Shown here in pieces: positions 58,202 to 64,000 of a DNA stretch of 64,000 nucleotides; positions within the stretch are counted from its first letter, which is position 1; each line of letters starts with the position of its first letter. The position numbers and the translations under genes were made by a program. The stretch spans positions 11,268 through 75,267 of the forward strand of contig CALLZZ010000575.1 in the NCBI GenBank assembly GCA_937858235.1. The letters are read 5' to 3'. Source of the stretch: an uncultured Clostridia bacterium (GTDB lineage: Bacteria > Bacillota > Clostridia > Oscillospirales > Oscillospiraceae). The notes beneath the pieces are model-generated. The model searched no databases. It was not told where the DNA came from and saw only the letters and a program-made list of their open reading frames with translations.

Positions 58202-59239
58202 ATGGAGATACAGGGTCAGGATTTCGGAATTGAAATTGAAATGACCGGCATTACAAGGAGCCGTGCCGCAGAGGTAATTGCCGAATATTTTGGCACAGCC
58301 AAGGAATATGAAGGCACCTATTACGATGTTTACTATGCCCGTGACAGCGAGGGGCGCAAATGGAAAGTCATGAGCGATGCCAGTATTGACTGCCAAAGAA
58401 AAGAAGACCGGCGGAAAGTAAGTGCTGATAGAAACTACAGCGTGGAACTGGTCAGTCCCATCTGTCAGTACAAAGATATTGAAGCTGTGCAAGAGATGAT
58501 CCGGAAACTGAGGGAAGCAGGCGCTTTTGTAAACTCCTCCTGCGGCATTCACATCCACATCAACGCCGCTCCCTTTGAAGCACCAAAGCTGCGTAATCTG
58601 GTCAACATCATGGCGGCTAAGGAGGATATGATTTATAAGGCGCTGAAGGTTTCACGAGGCAGGGAGAGCAGCTACTGCCAGAAAATTGATCCCGTCTTTT
58701 TGGAGCAGATGAATCGAAAAAAGCCTTCCACCTTAGAACAACTTAAACGTATCTGGTACAATGGCGACGATGGCAGCCGGGAGCATTATCATTCCAGCCG
58801 CTATCGCTGTCTCAATCTGCACAGCGTGTTTCAAAAAGGCACTGTAGAATTCCGTGCTTTTAATGGAGACTTGCATGCAGGAAAGATTAAAGCCTATGTC
58901 CAGTTCTGTCTTGCCATCACCGCACAGGCTCTTAACCAGCGGTCGGCAAGTCCAGTTAAAACCCAATCCACCAACGAAAAATATACCTTTCGTGTGTGGC
59001 TTTTGCGGCTTGGCTTGATTGGGGATGAGTTTAAAACAGCCCGGAAGCATTTGCTGGATCACTTAGAAGGATGCATCGCATGGAAAGACCCGGCGCAAGC
59101 AGAAAGACAAAAAGAACGGCTGCGGGAAAAACGTGAAGAGGAGCGAATACAAGCCGCGGAAGCGGAACAGCAACCAACTGAAGAAATTGTTTTGGAAGCG
59201 GAGGATGAAGAATCCCCCGCTTTTACTATGTCAATGTGA
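58202..59239 (+). CDS. Amidoligase_2 (COOH-NH2 ligase) family protein
   Basis: FGIEIE, ELVSP, SCGIHIH, RYRCLN, TVEFR. Confidence 0.88.
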   Translation: MEIQGQDFGIEIEMTGITRSRAAEVIAEYFGTAKEYEGTYYDVYYARDSEGRKWKVMSDASIDCQRKEDRRKVSADRNYSVELVSPICQYKDIEAVQEMIRKLREAGAFVNSSCGIHIHINAAPFEAPKLRNLVNIMAAKEDMIYKALKVSRGRESSYCQKIDPVFLEQMNRKKPSTLEQLKRIWYNGDDGSREHYHSSRYRCLNLHSVFQKGTVEFRAFNGDLHAGKIKAYVQFCLAITAQALNQRSASPVKTQSTNEKYTFRVWLLRLGLIGDEFKTARKHLLDHLEGCIAWKDPAQAERQKERLREKREEERIQAAEAEQQPTEEIVLEAEDEESPAFTMSM

Positions 59240-59249
59240 GGGAATTCAT

Positions 59250-59753
59250 ATGAAAAACAAACTGTATATTGCCTACGGCAGTAATCTCAATTTGCCACAG
59301 ATGGCTGGGAGATGTCCCACCGCCAAGGTGGTTGGGGCTTCTGCAATCAGGGATTATGCCCTTGTGTTTCGGGGAGGCAGGCATGGCGCAGTGGCGACTA
59401 TTGAGCCTTGCGAGGGTTCTTCTGTTCCTGTTTTGCTCTGGAAAATCACCCCGGAAGATGAGGCGGCCCTTGATATTTATGAAGGCTTCCCCCGGTTTTA
59501 CGAAAAGGAAGCCGTAGAGCTTTCGCTGGATGACAAGCCTGTTTCCGCTATGGTCTATATCATGACTCCGGGACACAGGCTGGGCTATCCGTCAGATTTT
59601 TATTACAACACCATACTTGAAGGTTATAAAAGTGCAGGATTTAACCCCTCTGTTTTAGAGCAGGCAATCGATTATACAGAGCAACTCATGGAAAGCGAGC
59701 CGGAGCCGGAACGGCAAAATCTGTTCGGCTTTGACGGCCTCAAATGGTGGTGA
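59250..59753 (+). CDS. Gamma-glutamylcyclotransferase-like protein
   Basis: YIAYGSNL, LDIYEGFP. Confidence 0.88.
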   Translation: MKNKLYIAYGSNLNLPQMAGRCPTAKVVGASAIRDYALVFRGGRHGAVATIEPCEGSSVPVLLWKITPEDEAALDIYEGFPRFYEKEAVELSLDDKPVSAMVYIMTPGHRLGYPSDFYYNTILEGYKSAGFNPSVLEQAIDYTEQLMESEPEPERQNLFGFDGLKWW

Positions 59754-59757
59754 TGAC

Positions 59758-60846
59758 ATGGCAGATCCCGCAACCATTACGGCTGTTGCAAAAGCTGCCG
59801 CTGCCGTACTCTCGGATGAACGCACCCGAAAAACCATTGGATGGATTATTGCTGCTATCCTGTCTCCGCTCATTTTAATCATCGTACTGTTCTGCGCCCT
59901 GCTATCCGGCACCGCAGATCACAACAACACGGCAGTGGAGCTGTGCTTTCATGGCGGTGTGATTCCGGGAAGTATGCCCGCGGATTACAGGGAATACATC
60001 GGAGATATGCGACAGAGCTTCACCCTCATAGACGTAGCCATCGCCACCATCAACGCAGATATGGAGGACAGCAGCAGCCTTGATTCCGTGCGAGTCAAGG
60101 CGATTTTTTATTCTCTGTTCTTCGGCGCAGAATCGCCATCTCGAATGGAACACCGGCAATATGTGAACTGTTTTGTCACCTACGAGGAACGCACTCGCAC
60201 TGTGGAAAATGATGACGGCACGACCTCGGAAGAAACCTATACTGTGGCCGTTCCCATTCGGGAACTGGCTGTGGTATACGCAAATATCACTTCCGCCATA
60301 GGCGTATCTGCCACCCATGAAAGCCAGGTCAATGCCACGGAGATATACTACCGTGTACTTTACGGCAGACCGGCACCCACCTATGGTGATGCGTTCGACC
60401 AATGGTCGGACGGTCTGCCCCTTTCGTCCGCGCCGTTTATCGGGGCGGACGGTTTCTGCTCTCCGCTGGGTGAGGACTGGCGGAGCATGGTCACCTCGGA
60501 GTTCGGCTACCGCAAAGACCCATTCACAGGGCAGACCAAAGGTCATGGCGGTATAGATCTCGGCGCACCAAAAGGCACTCCGATCCGTGCCGCACTGCCC
60601 GGCACAGTTTATGTCGTCCGCTATGCAAACAGCGGATACGGCTATCATGTGATGATCGATCACGGCGGTGGATTTGTAACCTTATACGCCCATTGCTCCA
60701 AAATCTTTGCCACCGAAGGACAACAGGTGGAAGCAGGAACGTTGATTGCCGAGGTGGGCTCCACCGGCCGTTCCACAGGAAATCACTTGCACTTTGAAGT
60801 CAGGATTGGCGGCGAAAAACAGAATCCAAGAAGCTATCTGCCGTAA
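59758..60846 (+). CDS. Membrane-anchored M23 peptidoglycan peptidase (conjugative hydrolase)
   Basis: HGGID, YAH, STGNHLHFEV. Confidence 0.9.
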   Translation: MADPATITAVAKAAAAVLSDERTRKTIGWIIAAILSPLILIIVLFCALLSGTADHNNTAVELCFHGGVIPGSMPADYREYIGDMRQSFTLIDVAIATINADMEDSSSLDSVRVKAIFYSLFFGAESPSRMEHRQYVNCFVTYEERTRTVENDDGTTSEETYTVAVPIRELAVVYANITSAIGVSATHESQVNATEIYYRVLYGRPAPTYGDAFDQWSDGLPLSSAPFIGADGFCSPLGEDWRSMVTSEFGYRKDPFTGQTKGHGGIDLGAPKGTPIRAALPGTVYVVRYANSGYGYHVMIDHGGGFVTLYAHCSKIFATEGQQVEAGTLIAEVGSTGRSTGNHLHFEVRIGGEKQNPRSYLP

Positions 60847-60914
60847 ACAGACTGATTCCCCCTTTCTGTTTTGCGGCTCCGAATCTTATAAATTTCAAAA
60901 GGAGGCCCTACATT

Positions 60915-61184
60915 ATGAAAAAAGAAGCCATCACCATACAGATGGACGCAGAAAAGCTCCGTGCGGTCAAACGCTATATGGAGAAAAAGGATGCAAATTT
61001 AGAAAAGGAACTTGGCGACTCTTTGCAAAAGCTCTATGAGAAATATGTGCCTGCTACCGTCCGGGAATACATTGATGAAAACGCAAATGAAAAATCCCCT
61101 GCATCCACTTCGCTCAAAAAGCAGAAGGAAAAAATGAGAGCAATCCCATCCTCGAATGACGCTCAAAACTCAGCGGAGTGTTAA
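60915..61184 (+). CDS. Small protein (DUF6103-like)
   Basis: SD AAGGAGG; LYEKYVPATVREYI. Confidence 0.7.
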   Translation: MKKEAITIQMDAEKLRAVKRYMEKKDANLEKELGDSLQKLYEKYVPATVREYIDENANEKSPASTSLKKQKEKMRAIPSSNDAQNSAEC

Positions 61185-61381
61185 GGCGCATGGCTCACAC
61201 CCCCAGTTGCCAACCTGTTGCCCCCTGTCAGCCTCTGTGTGGGCTTTTGCAGGGGGAGGTGGCAGGTTTACCCAAAGCATCAACTAAAGCCAATTGTGAG
61301 GGCTTTGTGGGGAGCAACATAAAACCACCATCCAACGAAAGGACGCAGAAAGCCCATGCGTTCTTCACGGTCGAAAAGAGA

Positions 61382-61446
61382 GCAGGATAAAGGCGGGTGG
61401 TCGCAAGCGGCCTCCCGCCGCCCACTTCGCCCAGCAGTGCTGGGCG
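61382..61446 (-). other. Predicted oriT with RP4-type nic site
   Basis: Minus strand TATCCTG^C (nic 61383/61382) next to IR 61392-61419; second IR 61428-61446. Confidence 0.7.
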
Positions 61447-61585
61447 TTTTTCGCACTTCCCCATGAGGTGGTCGGATTCGGGCTTTGGCACGGTCAAGGT
61501 GGTCGGAATTTACGAAAACACAGGAAAGCAAAGGGATTTACACGGTCACCTCATAGGTGGACGCACACGAAATGGAGGTTTTACC

Positions 61586-62002
61586 ATGAAAAACAACAAG
61601 GAACGGACGGCGGTCTGGCTCTATCCCGAAACCATGGATCGGCTGGACGGCTGGATGAATAAGGACAACTGCAAGAGCCGCAGTGAATTTATAGAAAAAG
61701 CGCTCTGCTTTTATATGGGCTACCTTGGCACTGAGGACACCTCCTCCTATCTTTCCAAGGCACTGCTCTCATCCATTCAGGGCACTATGCAGAAAGCAGA
61801 AAATCGTGTAGCCAGCAATCTTTTCCGGCTGGCGGTGGAAATCAGTATGATGATGCATCTGCTGGCGACCACACTCAATATCACGGACGAGGAACTGCAC
61901 CGGCTTCGCGGGCGCTGCGTTGCCGAGGTCAAAAAGACCAGGGGTAAAATCCGCCTGGACGATGCGGTGGAGTTTCAGAGCAGCCCTGAGATTGAAGAAT
62001 AA
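61586..62002 (+). CDS. Ribbon-helix-helix relaxosome accessory protein
   Basis: TAVWL..SRSEFIEKAL; between oriT and relaxase. Confidence 0.75.
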   Translation: MKNNKERTAVWLYPETMDRLDGWMNKDNCKSRSEFIEKALCFYMGYLGTEDTSSYLSKALLSSIQGTMQKAENRVASNLFRLAVEISMMMHLLATTLNITDEELHRLRGRCVAEVKKTRGKIRLDDAVEFQSSPEIEE

Positions 62003-64000
62003 TGGCTCGTATTATTCTTAAGTGCCCTTATCTTAAGGGCAGCGAAAAAACTGCGGCCCATTTGAATAACCTCGTCAAATATATCGCCACCCGTGACGGT
62101 GTGGAAAAAATAAAGAGTGGCCGTGAACTCTGGCACTCTACCAAAAAACAAAAGGAACTGATTACGCAGATACTCAAGGAGTTTCCTGATACCAAAGATT
62201 TATTTGAATATGAGGATTACTGTGAAAATCCGAACCGAGAGAACGCCTCTGAGTTTATCACCATTGCACTGGAGCAGCATCTTAATAAGATCGGCGACCG
62301 GGAAAAGTATTTGGACTATATCGCAAACCGTCCCCGTGTTGAAAAGTTTGACACCCACGGTCTGTTCACGGCTGGAAATGAGCCGCTGATTCTCAATCAG
62401 GTTGCGGATGAGATATCCGCATACACCGGAAATGTGTGGACGCCGATTATTTCCCTGCGCCGTGAGGATGCTGCCCTGCTTGGGTATGACAATGCCCTTG
62501 CGTGGAAAGCCCTGCTTTCCTCCAAGGCCATGGAGCTGGCTGAAAACCTGAAAATCCATCCTGATCATCTGAAATGGTATGCGGCATTCCATAATGAATC
62601 CCACCATCCCCATGTCCATATGATCTGCTACAGCACCAATCCCACAGAAGGCTACCTTACAAGGCAGGGCATACGCAAAATGAAATCCTCTCTGGCAAAT
62701 GAAATTTTCCGTCAGGAGCTCATTCCGCTCTACGCAGAAAAATCACAGCGGCGGGATGACCTGAAGGAACAGGCTGCCCAGTCCATGCGGGAGCTGATCC
62801 GGCAGATGAAAAACGGCATTTTGGTGAGTGACCGCATGGAGCAGCTCATTACCCATCTGGCCGAGCGGCTGCAGAACACCTCCGGCAAAAAGCAATATGG
62901 CTACCTCAAGGCAGACCTTAAAAATATGGTGGACGAAATCGTGGATGAGCTTGGAAAGGACAGCCGGATTGCAGAAACTTACCGCCTGTGGTGGGAAACC
63001 AGAGGCAGGATTGAATCCATATATACGGAAACACCCTCTGACCCGCTGCCCCTTTCCCGCTGTGATGATTTTAAGACCATCCGCAACATGGTCATTCAGG
63101 AAGCACTGCACATCGGTGACGGCATCATGACATTTGAGGAACCGGCATCTGTGGAAACCGCTCTGCCGGAGGATACCACTGTCGACAATATTCCTTCGCT
63201 TGATATTACTCCGGAGGATGAAACAACAGAGCCGGTATATGATTTTGAGGAACAGCCACCCCATCAAATTCCTCCCGGCAAGAGCAAGCCTTCTGACTCA
63301 TGGTGGACGGATGAGTATAAGCTGGCAAAAAAATATCTGCATGGTGATGAGGACGCTGAAATCCCTCAGGACCTGGAACAGGCGCTCAGTCTGTTTCTTG
63401 CGGAAGCGGAAAACGAAAATCCCCTTGCCCTATATGACCTCGGCCGTATGAGTGCAGATGGACTCGGCTGTGAAGCAGACAGCGAAAAAGCCCATCAGTG
63501 GTATGCCAAGGCCCTCGCTCAATTTCATGCGGCAGAGGAAGAAAAACCGTGGAAGTACACCGAATACCGTATCGGCAAAATGTATGCTGCGGGGCTTGGT
63601 ACAGAGCAATACTATCTGCAGGCCGCAGACTGGCTGACACTCTCAGCCGATGAGAATTACAAGTACGCGCAGTATTCCCTCGGTGGCTTGTATTACCATG
63701 GCAAAGGCGTGGAGCAGGATCATGGGCAGGCATTCCGGCTCTACACTCAGGCGGCAAACCAGAGCTTTCCCTATGCCAGCTTTGAGCTTGGAACAATGCT
63801 GCGGGATGGAATTGGCTGTGAGAAAAATCAGCAGGACTCTGACCGGCGTTTTCGGGAAGCCTTTCTTGGCTTCGTCTCTCTGGAGGAAAAAGGACACGAC
63901 GATAAGCTCCAGTACCGGCTGGGCTGGATGCTCTTAAACGGAGTTGGCACCGAAAAGGATATCCTTGAGGCAAAAAAATACTTTGAAAAAGCCGCTACGG
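62002..64000 (+). CDS. MobP3-type relaxase with C-terminal Sel1 repeats (runs off window; absent from track)
   Basis: MARIILKCPYL..YIATRDGVE, WYAAFHNESHHPHVH; Sel1 AQYSLGGLYYHGKGVEQD. Confidence 0.88.
   Translation, partial: MARIILKCPYLKGSEKTAAHLNNLVKYIATRDGVEKIKSGRELWHSTKKQKELITQILKEFPDTKDLFEYEDYCENPNRENASEFITIALEQHLNKIGDREKYLDYIANRPRVEKFDTHGLFTAGNEPLILNQVADEISAYTGNVWTPIISLRREDAALLGYDNALAWKALLSSKAMELAENLKIHPDHLKWYAAFHNESHHPHVHMICYSTNPTEGYLTRQGIRKMKSSLANEIFRQELIPLYAEKSQRRDDLKEQAAQSMRELIRQMKNGILVSDRMEQLITHLAERLQNTSGKKQYGYLKADLKNMVDEIVDELGKDSRIAETYRLWWETRGRIESIYTETPSDPLPLSRCDDFKTIRNMVIQEALHIGDGIMTFEEPASVETALPEDTTVDNIPSLDITPEDETTEPVYDFEEQPPHQIPPGKSKPSDSWWTDEYKLAKKYLHGDEDAEIPQDLEQALSLFLAEAENENPLALYDLGRMSADGLGCEADSEKAHQWYAKALAQFHAAEEEKPWKYTEYRIGKMYAAGLGTEQYYLQAADWLTLSADENYKYAQYSLGGLYYHGKGVEQDHGQAFRLYTQAANQSFPYASFELGTMLRDGIGCEKNQQDSDRRFREAFLGFVSLEEKGHDDKLQYRLGWMLLNGVGTEKDILEAKKYFEKAAT

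Larger units (their letters stand above)
28416..64000 (+). mobile_element. Integrative conjugative element with Tad pilus, T4SS and MobP3 relaxase; continues beyond window
   Basis: Starts at tRNA 3' end, GC increase, co-oriented conjugation genes; integrase, T4CP and attR not in window. Confidence 0.88.

Noticed and set aside
56345-60663. Long antisense ORFs (56345-57169, 59902-60663; also 42386-43078)
   Set aside because: Antisense shadows of GC3-rich genes with no motifs or RBS, unlike the same-strand ORF at 52958
61178-61585. ORFs across oriT and the N-terminal extension of 61397-62002
   Set aside because: Overlap the nic and IR region; the SD-supported start is ATG 61586

Overview
Firmicutes (Clostridia-like) chromosome window with two parts. 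1-28.3 kb is lower-GC host DNA: ABC transporters, modABC, PaaI, DegV, envelope proteins, ecsAB, a Kef-type antiporter, MerR, VanW, two convergent ECF sigma/anti-sigma operons, a soluble MCP, and two small structured repeat elements. From tRNA-Ala(CGC) at 28340-28415 to the window end lies a GC-richer, almost entirely plus-strand ICE. It encodes a Dam-type MTase, a Tad/Flp pilus cluster with an SLH adhesin, T4SS genes (VirB2/B6/B4-like, M23), an amidoligase-GGCT pair, an RP4-type oriT and a MobP3 relaxase with Sel1 repeats. The best candidate for an undescribed system is its methylation module. This is an ~800-aa C5 MTase with ~13 tandem TRD-like modules, a putative second subunit encoded out of frame inside it, and sliding-clamp motifs on that subunit and on Dam. 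The C5 MTase gene is split at its catalytic PCQD motif by a RIT element whose precise excision would restore the frame. Six ICE proteins also share a Met/Gly C-terminal tail that may be a T4SS export signal. Family names are from recognition of the translations, not from database searches.
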